From assembly GCA_964515375.1 (NCBI GenBank), contig CAZERF010000002.1:93164-157163 (forward strand): a stretch of DNA of 64,000 bases. The letters run 5' to 3'. How positions within the stretch are numbered: the first letter of the stretch is position 1; every line of letters starts with the position of its first letter. Under the pieces are notes generated by a model. That model saw only the letters and a list, made by a program, of their open reading frames with translations. It did not search any database and was not told the origin of the DNA. A program made the position numbers and the translations under genes. Shown piece after piece: positions 27,723 to 37,922 of this stretch. Origin of the DNA: an uncultured Candidatus Saccharibacteria bacterium. GTDB taxonomy: Bacteria; Patescibacteriota; Minisyncoccia; Phycocordibacterales; UBA6899.

Positions 27723-28703
27723 ATGAATATCGAGGAAAGAAAAATTCTCAAAGCACTCACTGATGATAGGAGGGGGTTACTGTCCCCAGCAGATTTCGTA
27801 AACGGAATTGCGCAACACGATCGGCGGGCAGTAGAAAACCTTGTCACGGGTGGCTATGTCGAGGAGGTACCACAAGATGTTAATGGAGGTCATCGGGGAA
27901 CATATTCTATAAATTTTTATAGAGCAACAGAAAAGGGTCGAAATGTCTTTTCTCCATGGAGACAAAAAGTTTGGTTTAATCTTAAGACGGAAACCTCACT
28001 TTGGGTAGGAATCTCCTCGATCATGATTGGAGTTCTTTCAATACTTATTTCTAGCGCCGTGGCTTTTGGTGTTCCTTGGTATCAAAATGTATCAAATGAA
28101 CAAAAAGAAATTGAGGCAATTTATAAAAATCTCATTACGAATGAGGATATTCTCATATCGAACTCAAATAATGCCAGATTTCTTTTAACTGCAACAAGTG
28201 TCACTGCATTGCCGGAGTCATACCTGGAAGATGAGATCAAAGGTGATATTGGAAAAATACTTCAGGATAAGTTTGGTTTAATTCAATACAGATTTTTCGT
28301 TTATTACTTGCAGCAGATTGAACTTTTCAACTTGGAAATAGAAGAAATGAGGAACGCACTCGTTGTCGGGGGTTCAACATCAACAGCATATCTAAGTGCC
28401 CAAAAGGCGTATCTTTCAACTGTAGACGAAATAAGCAAGGAGGGGATGGATGCAAGGTTTAGTCACATAAGAGATGTTGAATGCCTTACACATTTATTTG
28501 AGCGCAATTTTGAGTATTTATCTATTGATCCGCGCGGCAAAATAGAAAAATGTTCAAATGAATCCCTTAATCGAATTTATTATAATTTTGGCTTTCTCGA
28601 GGCGGCAACACCAAGGTGGATGCTACCAGCATACAGAGACGCGCTAAATGAAAGAAGGGCGGGTTTCGGTGACACAATAATTAACATCGCCGGAGGTTAT
28701 TAG
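27723..28703 (+). CDS. Hypothetical membrane protein with an N-terminal winged-helix-like domain. AT-rich island cargo.
   Basis: ILKALTDDRRGLLSPADFVNGIAQHDRRAVENLVTGGYVEEV (wHTH-like), then the TM helix LWVGISSIMIGVLSILISSAVAFGV, then a ~200-aa C-terminal domain. Confidence 0.55.
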   Translation: MNIEERKILKALTDDRRGLLSPADFVNGIAQHDRRAVENLVTGGYVEEVPQDVNGGHRGTYSINFYRATEKGRNVFSPWRQKVWFNLKTETSLWVGISSIMIGVLSILISSAVAFGVPWYQNVSNEQKEIEAIYKNLITNEDILISNSNNARFLLTATSVTALPESYLEDEIKGDIGKILQDKFGLIQYRFFVYYLQQIELFNLEIEEMRNALVVGGSTSTAYLSAQKAYLSTVDEISKEGMDARFSHIRDVECLTHLFERNFEYLSIDPRGKIEKCSNESLNRIYYNFGFLEAATPRWMLPAYRDALNERRAGFGDTIINIAGGY

Positions 28704-28711
28704 CTACTTTC

Positions 28712-29815
28712 ATGCCTCGCTTACATAAAGTAATTTCATGGCCAAGACGCAAGTTCATTGCTTTCGTCCTCCGAAAAAGAATCGGAAAAAATAAGTGGTC
28801 TGCTCACTTGATATTTGGCTTGCTCAGCATTTTAGATTTACTTGAATTTTTGTATATAAATACACAGGACACGGGAAATTACGACCACTATATTCCAAAA
28901 TTTCTTCTTCGCCGATTTCGAATTTCCGAAAAAGGCGCACACAGTAATTCACTGTTTACCTACACACTTAAATCAAAACTTGTAGAAAGGAAAAGCATCG
29001 ACGACGTTGCGGGGGAAATTGATTTTGACGTCTCAAAAGCTAGCGGCATTCCAAGTGACTTTGTAAACAAAAAAATATTTGCTGAATTTCTTGAGCCGAT
29101 AGCATCAAGAATAATAAAGCATATAAACACTGGAAATAATGATTTAACATATCTTGAGGCTAACACCCTTGCTGTTTATATGGGCCATCAAATCACCCGA
29201 GTGCCAGCATTCAGATCGTTGCTTCTAAAAATTTTCTCGATAGGAATAAGTGATGGGCGGATACTCTATTCTGAATTTGGAGATAAGAAAGCACTCCGCG
29301 AAAAAATCGCCTTCAATTCTATTCTAATTACTTATGATCAGATTTTACGCACCAAACCACCCATTAAAGTCGATGGAGGTAAGCCGCAAGCGATAATGAT
29401 TTCTCTGCTAATTGCGCCTATTATTTCGGAAAAAATATACCGAAATAATAGTATGCATGTTATCGATATTCCTCAGGATAGTGGCAAGGAGTTTGTCATT
29501 TCAGACAACCCAGTAGTATTTATTGATTTCGAAAGAGCGACAGTTCTTCCGTTTGTTCCTTGGTGGGAAATAGGAACCCGCGATTTTTTAATAGCAATGC
29601 CAGTCTCAAGGAACAAGGCAATCATATATAGCAGAGTTAGTAGAAAACCGACAGAAACCGAACAGAACTCAATTGCCGAATTAATAAACTTTGCGCAATA
29701 TGCCTGTTCGAGAAAAGAGGTCTATTCTAACAACGAGAAAACGATATTGCTCCACCTAAATAAATACAAAACAGAGCTCGAAAAATTTCGGTTAATGTTT
29801 AGTTCTGAAGACTGA
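28712..29815 (+). CDS. DUF4238-like protein (candidate single-gene anti-phage / abortive-infection-type protein)
   Basis: The N-terminal motif NYDHYIPKFLLRRF resembles the DUF4238 HYxPQFYLRxF signature. AT-rich. Lies within the island. Confidence 0.5.
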   Translation: MPRLHKVISWPRRKFIAFVLRKRIGKNKWSAHLIFGLLSILDLLEFLYINTQDTGNYDHYIPKFLLRRFRISEKGAHSNSLFTYTLKSKLVERKSIDDVAGEIDFDVSKASGIPSDFVNKKIFAEFLEPIASRIIKHINTGNNDLTYLEANTLAVYMGHQITRVPAFRSLLLKIFSIGISDGRILYSEFGDKKALREKIAFNSILITYDQILRTKPPIKVDGGKPQAIMISLLIAPIISEKIYRNNSMHVIDIPQDSGKEFVISDNPVVFIDFERATVLPFVPWWEIGTRDFLIAMPVSRNKAIIYSRVSRKPTETEQNSIAELINFAQYACSRKEVYSNNEKTILLHLNKYKTELEKFRLMFSSED

Positions 29816-30025
29816 TTTTCTTGTCTTTGAGCACTGTCTTGTTTTTTCATGCACCCAGGAAGCCATCGCTTCTCGAGCGTCATTCCTTTTTTGAGCATGT
29901 ACCCGCCATACGTGTGTACACATTACCAGAGGGGCTTGCAATATATAGATATATGTGTGATTATAGAATCACTTTTATTAACACCGTTTCTTTATTGGAG
30001 GAAGGGAGTAGCATTGAGATTACTT

Positions 30026-32593
30026 ATGGAAACCAAACTTTTTACGACTAAGTTCGTGCGCATATTTTTTATATTAATTAGTGGTGTTTTACTCTCCTCC
30101 CAGACAGCGCTTGCTGCCGTCAGTTATAGCCAAACGGTGACACTCCAGCCCGGATGGAATATCGTTTCAACCCCACGCATTCTTGAGTCGCATAACTTCT
30201 CCATGCCAGAGACGTCTACAAATCTCAGTGTGTTCATGCTGGACGCATCGGATCCAAGTGGGTGGGCACCAATGTCTGGTGAGTTTGCGCCACTCTACGG
30301 ATATTTCATCAATAACAAGACCGCAACATCGCAGACGCTCACCTTTAATTTCAAGGCAAGCACAACCCCGAACGAGCGACTGTTCGATCGGTCATTTGCT
30401 ACTTCCGGCTGGTACTCAATTGGCGTTGCAAATCCCACTTACGCAGATCGCCAAGGTGAGGCGAACGTAGACGAGAACAATCCCTCCCAAGTATTTGATT
30501 CTGTTATTGCTTCGACAGATTTAGTCGTGGACTTTACCGATGCAGACTCGGTATTTAGCCCTGCGAGTGTTGCACTTGCTGATCCTTGGGGAGCTGCGAT
30601 TGCCACTGACGTGAACACCCTTGCTGATATTCGTGACACCAAGGGTTATGCGATCTATATAAATACTTCCGGATCACATTACATTGGATTTCAGAACGAG
30701 AGTGACGATGGTGGCACGGGTTCGGTCCCAACATATACGCCAGGCACACTAAGCATCACCAAGGCAGCAGATTCTCCTTCAGGAAATGTTATCCAGAATG
30801 GCTCAGGGGTAACACTTGGAAAATTCACATTCCAGGCGCAAGGAGAGAGACTGAAGGTTGAAAACCTCAAAGTTGCGCTAACCTCATCCGACACATCTTG
30901 GGGGAGTATTCGCAACGGCGCACTGTTTGCGAATGGTGTACAGGTAGGATCGACGAACAATATTCTTACCGCAACAGGAACGCAGTTCAATCTTGGTAGC
31001 TCCCTCATCATTGATGCTGGTCAAAGTGTCACCATCGAAGTACGCGGTGATATTTATGACAATGATGGCACTAATGATTCTTCTTCCGGAGACACCATAA
31101 AAGTCCAGTTGCTTGCCGGAACATCCAATGTCTATCGACTTACAACACTTGATTATATTTCAAGCGAGAGTAAATCTGCCAACATCGTGACAGTAGCAGA
31201 AGCGACACTTGCCCTTGCGAAATATGCGAGCTATGCAAACCAGACCATCATTGTTCCACAAACCGCATTTAAGATCGGCGAATACCGCCTTACTGCCGGA
31301 GCAGACGAGGGGGTAAATCTCGATACAATCACGCTCGCACTTGGGGGGTCGGCGACAGTTACACACCTCACCAATCTTTACGTGGTGTATGGCTCAAAGA
31401 CCTCGACCGTAAAGGCAACAGGAGCAACATCTCAGCAGTGGTCCATCAATGAGGCACTGTCGGCGAATGGCACGATGAGCATTGCGGTCTATGCAGATAT
31501 GAGCGGAAGCATTTTAAGTGCCTCGACTACGATAACCACACTGACTCTTTCGGGTACCGGACAAGGTTCTGGTAGCCCAGTCACATCGCCCGCTGTTACT
31601 GGACAAACGATCACTGCTGGCGAAGGCGTGCTCACTGGAACAGTGGATTCCTCGACCCCCATTTCTGCACTCCTTGTGGGCAACTCAATGCCAAAGGTAG
31701 CATCATTTAAATTTACCGCATCAAATGATTCTTTCACGATTACCGAACTCGCAGTAACAGCGAAAAGCGTAGCTGATGCGAGTGCAGTTACTGAGCTAGT
31801 GTTCAAAGACGGAGCGACAGAGATCAGACGTGTTTCTTACAATGGAGCTGTTGCCACTGCCACTGGTCTTAGTGTCGTGGCACAGTTCAATGCGACTAAG
31901 GTTATTGATGTGTATGCGAATCTCGGTTCTATCGGCACAGGATTTGTGGACACAGGTGCCAATGTGGGAATTACACTCACGAGTTTCAAGGCGCAAAATT
32001 CAAACGGCGTAAACACGACTCACTCAGTTAGTCTTGCAAGCAACGATTTCTACGCACACAAGACAAAACCAACACTCACAAACGTTGCGCTTCCGACCTC
32101 CGTACTATCTTCGGGCACAGTGACGATTGCAAAGGTAAACGTTACAGCAGACGCAGGAGGTACACTCGCGTGGAGGAAAATAGTATGGAATGTCGCCACA
32201 TCTTCTCCTGGAACGTTTACCGTCGGTTCTCCTGCAGTCTACGATGCAGCAAATGAGTCAACACCGCTTGCCAATGTCACCACGTCGATTGATCCGAGCA
32301 CTGGTGTTATTACCGTTACCTCAACAGTCGACCAAGAGGTGAGTGGTTCAAAGACCTATGTGCTCAAGGCAACTATTGGCGGATCGGTTCAGACTGGTGC
32401 ATCTGTTTCTACGAGCATTGCAGGAGGAGTCACATCACACAGTGTGCCAACCACGTATGCAGGGGCAGCATCGAACTCGTCCTTTGTGTGGTCCGATGAA
32501 TCAGTTGTGGGACACAGTGATACAACCACTGACTGGATGGATAACTATCTCGTGAAAAATCTTCCAACAGATTCACAGACACTCACAAAATAA
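30026..32593 (+). CDS. Large secreted Thr/Ser/Gly-rich beta-repeat surface protein (adhesin or S-layer-like)
   Basis: Signal peptide METKLFTTKFVRIFFILISGVLLSSQTALAAV. 855 aa of low-complexity repeats. The start was moved to the ATG at 30026. Confidence 0.65.
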   Translation: METKLFTTKFVRIFFILISGVLLSSQTALAAVSYSQTVTLQPGWNIVSTPRILESHNFSMPETSTNLSVFMLDASDPSGWAPMSGEFAPLYGYFINNKTATSQTLTFNFKASTTPNERLFDRSFATSGWYSIGVANPTYADRQGEANVDENNPSQVFDSVIASTDLVVDFTDADSVFSPASVALADPWGAAIATDVNTLADIRDTKGYAIYINTSGSHYIGFQNESDDGGTGSVPTYTPGTLSITKAADSPSGNVIQNGSGVTLGKFTFQAQGERLKVENLKVALTSSDTSWGSIRNGALFANGVQVGSTNNILTATGTQFNLGSSLIIDAGQSVTIEVRGDIYDNDGTNDSSSGDTIKVQLLAGTSNVYRLTTLDYISSESKSANIVTVAEATLALAKYASYANQTIIVPQTAFKIGEYRLTAGADEGVNLDTITLALGGSATVTHLTNLYVVYGSKTSTVKATGATSQQWSINEALSANGTMSIAVYADMSGSILSASTTITTLTLSGTGQGSGSPVTSPAVTGQTITAGEGVLTGTVDSSTPISALLVGNSMPKVASFKFTASNDSFTITELAVTAKSVADASAVTELVFKDGATEIRRVSYNGAVATATGLSVVAQFNATKVIDVYANLGSIGTGFVDTGANVGITLTSFKAQNSNGVNTTHSVSLASNDFYAHKTKPTLTNVALPTSVLSSGTVTIAKVNVTADAGGTLAWRKIVWNVATSSPGTFTVGSPAVYDAANESTPLANVTTSIDPSTGVITVTSTVDQEVSGSKTYVLKATIGGSVQTGASVSTSIAGGVTSHSVPTTYAGAASNSSFVWSDESVVGHSDTTTDWMDNYLVKNLPTDSQTLTK

Positions 32594-32594
32594 T

Positions 32595-33590
32595 ATGAAA
32601 AAACTCATCCTCTCTATACTTCTCATCCTTCCGCTCAGTGCATTTGCCGCACTGCCAGCATTTCCGATGTCGTTTTATGGGACTGCAACGATTAATGGCA
32701 CCCCTGCACCAGTTGGGACAATCGTTCGTGCATATTACGGAACGACACTTGCGGGGCAGGTGAGTATGAGCGAGGTCGGCATCTATGGTTACGATAATCC
32801 CACCAAACAACAGCTTCTTATCGGCGAGGGTGCCACAGCGATCCGTTTTACTGTTCAATCAAGCACTATAAATAGTGGGACTGAAACTGAAGGAACAGCA
32901 TCGCAATCACACCCCTCGTTTGTATCAGGCGATGTAGTCTCAAAAAATCTCACCTTTACATGGAGTGCTCCTGTTCCAGCACCTACGCCTGCACCATCAG
33001 GTGGCGGGGGTGGAGGTGGTGGCGGAGGGGGAGGAGGGGGCGGTGGAGGTGGATCCGCAACACTGTACGGCTGTATGGATAAAAAAGCGGTAAATTATAG
33101 CCCCATTGCTACTGTCGATAATAAAGCATGCGTTTACCCATCTGGGGTGACTGCAAGTACGACAGCACCGACACCTGCTCCAGTCACGCAGACAAGCACA
33201 GTAAAACCCGTCGGAGAGGTTGCGGGTGCATCGACCTTTATGTTCACTCGTAATCTCAATGTGGGTTCAACGGGAAACGACGTAACCGAATTACAGAAGC
33301 GACTAACTGCGGAAGGATACTATGTTGGTCCAATTACTGGGTACTTCGGTCCGCTCACTGGTGCTGGGGTGAAGAAGTATCAATCAGCACACGGACTAGA
33401 GCAGGTGGGGAACGTTGGGCCAAAGACTCGATCAATACTGAATCAGGGTGGGAGTGTGCTTGGAGCAAGCACTGTATCAACATCGGTCACGGTATTAACA
33501 CCGGAGGCTCGTGCAACGCTCATCAAGCAATTGCTCGCAATGATCATTGAGCTTCAGAAGCAACTTGCAGCACTCAAGGCGCAACAATAG
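32595..33590 (+). CDS. Secreted protein with an 18-residue poly-Gly linker and a C-terminal peptidoglycan-binding domain (PG_binding_1)
   Basis: Signal peptide MKKLILSILLILPLSAFA. The stretch FTRNLNVGSTGNDVTELQKRLTAEGYYVGPITGYFGPLTGAGVKKYQ is a canonical PGBD1. Start lies 2 nt after the previous stop. Confidence 0.7.
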   Translation: MKKLILSILLILPLSAFAALPAFPMSFYGTATINGTPAPVGTIVRAYYGTTLAGQVSMSEVGIYGYDNPTKQQLLIGEGATAIRFTVQSSTINSGTETEGTASQSHPSFVSGDVVSKNLTFTWSAPVPAPTPAPSGGGGGGGGGGGGGGGGGGSATLYGCMDKKAVNYSPIATVDNKACVYPSGVTASTTAPTPAPVTQTSTVKPVGEVAGASTFMFTRNLNVGSTGNDVTELQKRLTAEGYYVGPITGYFGPLTGAGVKKYQSAHGLEQVGNVGPKTRSILNQGGSVLGASTVSTSVTVLTPEARATLIKQLLAMIIELQKQLAALKAQQ

Positions 33591-33605
33591 AGGAGTGGTT
33601 TGCCA

Positions 33606-34925
33606 TCATTTTTCTAACGTTATCGTTTTATCCTTCAGAACGATTCGGTTTTTTAGACACCCGAGGAGTTCACGCTTCTCAATCATCGTGCCTTCTTTGA
33701 GCATATATTTTGCGTAGTTGCGCACGTCGACATCGAGGGCTTTATCGTTCTCCTTTGCTCCAAGTAGCTTCGCGCGGATTTTGTTGTATCGCGCAACCTC
33801 TCTTTCGATAATGTGGCGTGTTCCGAGTTCATCGATATCAATCTTGTCGAAAATCTCGTCGATTTGCTTGAGTAATTCCTCTTCTCGAATGAATGGGTTC
33901 TTACAGAAGTGATCTTTGTTCCTTGTGCAGTTGTAGTAGATGTAACTCCGCACTGTGCCGTCTTTGAGATTCTTGTCTTTTTCCTGTGCCGTAATTCCTG
34001 ATCCGCAGTACCCACATAGCATGAGATTGGTGAAGGTGAATTCCTGATACTGCTTTTTCGAACGGAGTTCCTCGGTGAGCTTGAGTTGAACTTTCTCGAA
34101 CAATTCCTTCGAAACAAGTGCTTCATGTTGTCCTTTGTACCAGTTTCCACTTCCGCCGGGGTATTCGAATGTCCCTGAGTATAGCGGTTGCCGCAAGATA
34201 CGATAGATAGTACTGAGCGTTAGCGATTTCCTTCCTTTTCGTACGCTCGCAAATCTGCCTTCTTTTTCCATCCAGTGATAGACCTTCCGTCCGCTCCATC
34301 GTTCGTTGCCGACCTTTTCGAACATCTGTTTGATAATCGGCCCGCGCAGGGGGTCAACGAGAATGTATCCTGCACGCCCGGGCATGCGGTCGTTGATATA
34401 TCCGGTCGGTGCGACACACGGCCACAGTCCCATCTCAACTTTTGCCCGAAGCCCGCGCTTCACATTCACGCCCTTGTTATCATTCTCGAGTTTTGCCTGT
34501 GAACACAAAATCATGAGAAGAAATTTCTCGCTCGGGCTGTTGGTGAACTTTTGACCGAACGTTCGTACTTCAATCAGTCTATGCTCGTCCATTAGGTCAA
34601 CAATTGCTCCTAGGTCACCCGCATTTCTACTTAAGCGATCTGGGTGCCACGCAAGGATGGCATTGAATTTTCCTGCCTTGAGGTCGTTAATCAACTCATT
34701 GAAGACGGGTCGTTGCCCGGTACTTTTTGCCGAGTGTGACTCACGCTTGATGTCGACCACATCGAGCCCCTCCCGTTGTGCCAACTGTAGCATCTCTTTG
34801 GCTTGGGAATCGATTGAAAGGGCTTGCTGTTCGTCCGATTCCGACGATTTTCTAGCGTATAAACAGTATCTAATCTTTGGCTCGTCAGAGCCCTCTAGCG
34901 GGTTCGAATTTTTCATACACACCAA
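33606..34925 (-). CDS. Large serine recombinase (resolvase-type catalytic domain + recombinase domain + Zn-ribbon)
   Basis: IRYCLYARKSSESDEQQALSIDSQ carries the catalytic Ser. C-terminal CGYCGS...C...C Zn-ribbon. 439 aa. Confidence 0.85.
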   Translation of the reverse strand: MVCMKNSNPLEGSDEPKIRYCLYARKSSESDEQQALSIDSQAKEMLQLAQREGLDVVDIKRESHSAKSTGQRPVFNELINDLKAGKFNAILAWHPDRLSRNAGDLGAIVDLMDEHRLIEVRTFGQKFTNSPSEKFLLMILCSQAKLENDNKGVNVKRGLRAKVEMGLWPCVAPTGYINDRMPGRAGYILVDPLRGPIIKQMFEKVGNERWSGRKVYHWMEKEGRFASVRKGRKSLTLSTIYRILRQPLYSGTFEYPGGSGNWYKGQHEALVSKELFEKVQLKLTEELRSKKQYQEFTFTNLMLCGYCGSGITAQEKDKNLKDGTVRSYIYYNCTRNKDHFCKNPFIREEELLKQIDEIFDKIDIDELGTRHIIEREVARYNKIRAKLLGAKENDKALDVDVRNYAKYMLKEGTMIEKRELLGCLKNRIVLKDKTITLEK

Positions 34926-35065
34926 TGAATGACGCTACCCTCCCAGGGAGTCCAGGAATGGCAGATAGTACGCAATAAGGGTAAATATAGTCAAAAATAT
35001 CAATCCTTGCGTAAGGATTGACAATCCTTACATAGGAGAATAGTATTTACGCATAAACAAAAACC

Positions 35066-35284
35066 ATGAAACAAGAAGAAAAGCGCGAAAGATTTAAGAG
35101 GCTCGGGACGCAACGTACAAACGCGGTGCTCCAGAAGATCAAAGTGCTCAGCAATTGTGCGAATCGGAGCGCGTATGAGTATACGGAAGAGGAGGTGAAT
35201 AAGATTTTTTCAGAGATTGAACGGCGGGTACGCGAGGCGAAGGCGAAATTCCATTTCCCGAAGACGAAAGAATTTAAACTATAA
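35066..35284 (+). CDS. Small basic hypothetical protein, first gene of the GHKL/Type III operon
   Basis: 72 aa, Lys/Arg/Glu-rich helical protein. Lies 4 nt upstream of the GHKL ATPase gene. Confidence 0.45.
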   Translation: MKQEEKRERFKRLGTQRTNAVLQKIKVLSNCANRSAYEYTEEEVNKIFSEIERRVREAKAKFHFPKTKEFKL

Positions 35285-35288
35285 AAAT

Positions 35289-37043
35289 ATGTCCATCCAT
35301 CCCAAAATTTCCCCACGCATCATCAACTCCATTGCGACACTCTATAACGATGTGAACCGCATCTTCATGGAGTACATTGATAATGCAATTGATAGCGCAG
35401 ACCAGAATTGGTTTGATCGTCCCCGCAATGCATACTCCCGTCCTGTTGAGGTCACTGTCCATATCAAGGGGCACAGTCATAAAGACGCAGAAGTCGTCAT
35501 TACTGACAACTGCTTTGGCATCACAAATTTCACCAAAGTCGTAGAGAGTATCGGGGACTCAGACAAGAAAGCACAAGGATTCACTAATGGACAATTTGGT
35601 TTTGGTATCTATTCCTTTATGGCGGCGTGCTCGGATCTTGAGCTCACTTCAAAAGAAGAGGGAAAGAGCGCACTTCGTCTCGTGCTTAACCGTGAACAGT
35701 TTGATAAGAAGTCAGTTGAGGAGGTTAGCATCCCCAGCCCCAAAGAAACCAAGCATTTTCCTCATGATTCGGGCACCCAAATCCGGCTTCATGGGTTTGA
35801 TAAGGACGCATGGAAAAATGTTGTTGCCAAAACGCTCAAGGAGGAGATAGAAAAACACTTTGAGCTCATTCTTCGTCGCGGGAATCTCACGGTGAAAATT
35901 ATTGATGAAACGTCGGAGCAAGAAATACTCTGTGAAGCCTTTGATTATGACAATTTTGATGGGGAGGTATACGAGGACCACATTGAACACTTTGATCTTG
36001 AGAGCGGTCGTCGCCACAAGGTGACGGAAAAGTGGGAATTGAAAGACCCGGTGCATATATTCCTGAAAATGACGAAGGGTCAGGTACTCAACAAGCCCCC
36101 AGTGTTCGTCTCAAAAGGAAGACGAATTTGTGAGATCAAGGATGTGAAGTCATTCAAGTCAGCACACAAGAGCGACATCTGGGGACACGCAAATGTCACG
36201 GGGTACATTGACCTCAAGGATCTGCTCGGGCCAACAATTGCACGCAACGACTTCAAGAGCGACAAAAACTCACGCGCTCTTTTTGCGGAACTTGTAGAGC
36301 TCGAGGATCTGATTCTTGATTATGTGAGACGTGCAAATGAGCATACTGACGAAAAACATTATCAGCAGCTTGAAGACGCGCTCAATCGCGCCCTCTCAAA
36401 GCTTGCGCGCGTTGATGCAATGAATTTCCGTACCTCTTTTCTCAAGGGTGGCGAGAAGAATCTATCTGGTGGATCTGCCGGGACGGAGTATGTAGAGGGC
36501 GTTGGGGCGCATGATTTTGGTGATGGTGAAATTGAGAATCCAGGAGAAGGAGTTGGGGAGGACGAGGGTGAGGGACTCGGGACTCACGAGGGTGGCGACG
36601 ATCTTCCGGGCGGGGCAACCTCAGGCGAACAAGCAAAGAACGAAGAACTTTTTGCTGACAGTGAATTCAAGGGCAAAGAGCGCAAGAAGAGTGGTTTCAA
36701 TATTCACATTTCTGATGCAGAGCCCCAGGTGGATGCCGAGACGGGGAAGCAACTGCGCTCACTCCTTTCGGGTGAACAAATTGTGATCTTTAAGAAGCAC
36801 GCAGATTTCCAGGCTCGCTTGAGCCACACTCGCCAAGGTGGATCAAAGATCACCGACAGACTCCTTGCGTACATTGCGGGGGAGATCACCGTGCACTACA
36901 AAGATGAGTTCTACAACAAGCGCCAGAATGGTCAGCCAGAATACAGCAAGAATATGTTCGTGAGCATGGCAGAGTTCATTTATCAACTTGAGGATGCCCT
37001 TTCCGCGCTTTCCGGGAAGAACCTCTCAGAACTCTCCTCATGA
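35289..37043 (+). CDS. GHKL-superfamily ATPase, MORC/MutL-like (HATPase_c_3-like), with an acidic low-complexity C-terminal region
   Basis: N-terminal Bergerat-fold motifs: YIDNAIDSA (N-box), DNCFGI (G1-like) and GQFGFGIYSF (G2). 584 aa. Overlaps the next gene by ATGA. Confidence 0.65.
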   Translation: MSIHPKISPRIINSIATLYNDVNRIFMEYIDNAIDSADQNWFDRPRNAYSRPVEVTVHIKGHSHKDAEVVITDNCFGITNFTKVVESIGDSDKKAQGFTNGQFGFGIYSFMAACSDLELTSKEEGKSALRLVLNREQFDKKSVEEVSIPSPKETKHFPHDSGTQIRLHGFDKDAWKNVVAKTLKEEIEKHFELILRRGNLTVKIIDETSEQEILCEAFDYDNFDGEVYEDHIEHFDLESGRRHKVTEKWELKDPVHIFLKMTKGQVLNKPPVFVSKGRRICEIKDVKSFKSAHKSDIWGHANVTGYIDLKDLLGPTIARNDFKSDKNSRALFAELVELEDLILDYVRRANEHTDEKHYQQLEDALNRALSKLARVDAMNFRTSFLKGGEKNLSGGSAGTEYVEGVGAHDFGDGEIENPGEGVGEDEGEGLGTHEGGDDLPGGATSGEQAKNEELFADSEFKGKERKKSGFNIHISDAEPQVDAETGKQLRSLLSGEQIVIFKKHADFQARLSHTRQGGSKITDRLLAYIAGEITVHYKDEFYNKRQNGQPEYSKNMFVSMAEFIYQLEDALSALSGKNLSELSS

Positions 37044-37906
37044 GCACTCAAGTCCTCATAGAAGCCATCACGCCTTCATATAATGCCTACCAGAAGGGTC
37101 AGGGTACCCTCACGCCAACCGAGCTCATTATGCTCATGTGGGACATTGGCGCAGCGATTGAGAGGCATGTGAATGAACACAAAATCCCCCCACATGCGCT
37201 GTATCGCCAGGTATATGGCAAGAGTGAGGGTACGCAAAACATCAAACAGCGCAGTTATATTGCGCGTGAGTTTTTAAGTAGAAGCTATCGCGTGAAGCGC
37301 ATATTCAAGACGAAGAGTGAGATCAAAAAGCAACTTCCGAAACTTTCCGCGATCAATCACTTTCGTGAGGCGATGCCATTTTTTGATAATCCAAAGTATG
37401 TACTTGGGGCAAAAGAAAAGCAGGAGCTCCTTCGTGTGATCAATGGTCCGCTCTCCAACAAAGAGAAAGAGAACTACATCCAGAAACTTCAATCAAAGAA
37501 AATCGGGATCAAGAATCCGCGTACACAAAATCTGAATCTCCTTGATGAGGATAAGTTGGTGTTTGTGAAGCTCTATAACGATGTGTTCAACGCACTGAAG
37601 CTTGAGAACTATGACAAGGCAAAGAAAGCCCTCTCTCTCCCGTCACCAAAATTTCTTGCGATACTTTCACTCAACTGTGGAGCTATTTCTGCCGATGGGC
37701 TCATGATGGAAAAATTTGAACCGCCGAAGGATCTCAGTGCGAAGTGGAAGGCGTTTGTCGGGGTGATACAAAAGCTCATCAAAGATGAAAACCCGAAAGA
37801 ACGTAGACGCTTCCGGAGACTCATCCCACCAGAGCGCATGATCCGACTCTCCGAAATGCTCTACGCATTGACCACTCCGGAGAAATATAAGAGCTTCAAG
37901 ATATAA
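37040..37906 (+). CDS. Hypothetical all-alpha protein co-transcribed between the GHKL ATPase and Mod
   Basis: 288 aa with no recognisable domain. Translationally coupled upstream; 16-nt gap to mod. Confidence 0.5.
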   Translation: MSTQVLIEAITPSYNAYQKGQGTLTPTELIMLMWDIGAAIERHVNEHKIPPHALYRQVYGKSEGTQNIKQRSYIAREFLSRSYRVKRIFKTKSEIKKQLPKLSAINHFREAMPFFDNPKYVLGAKEKQELLRVINGPLSNKEKENYIQKLQSKKIGIKNPRTQNLNLLDEDKLVFVKLYNDVFNALKLENYDKAKKALSLPSPKFLAILSLNCGAISADGLMMEKFEPPKDLSAKWKAFVGVIQKLIKDENPKERRRFRRLIPPERMIRLSEMLYALTTPEKYKSFKI

Positions 37907-37922
37907 TCACAAGATAAACAGC

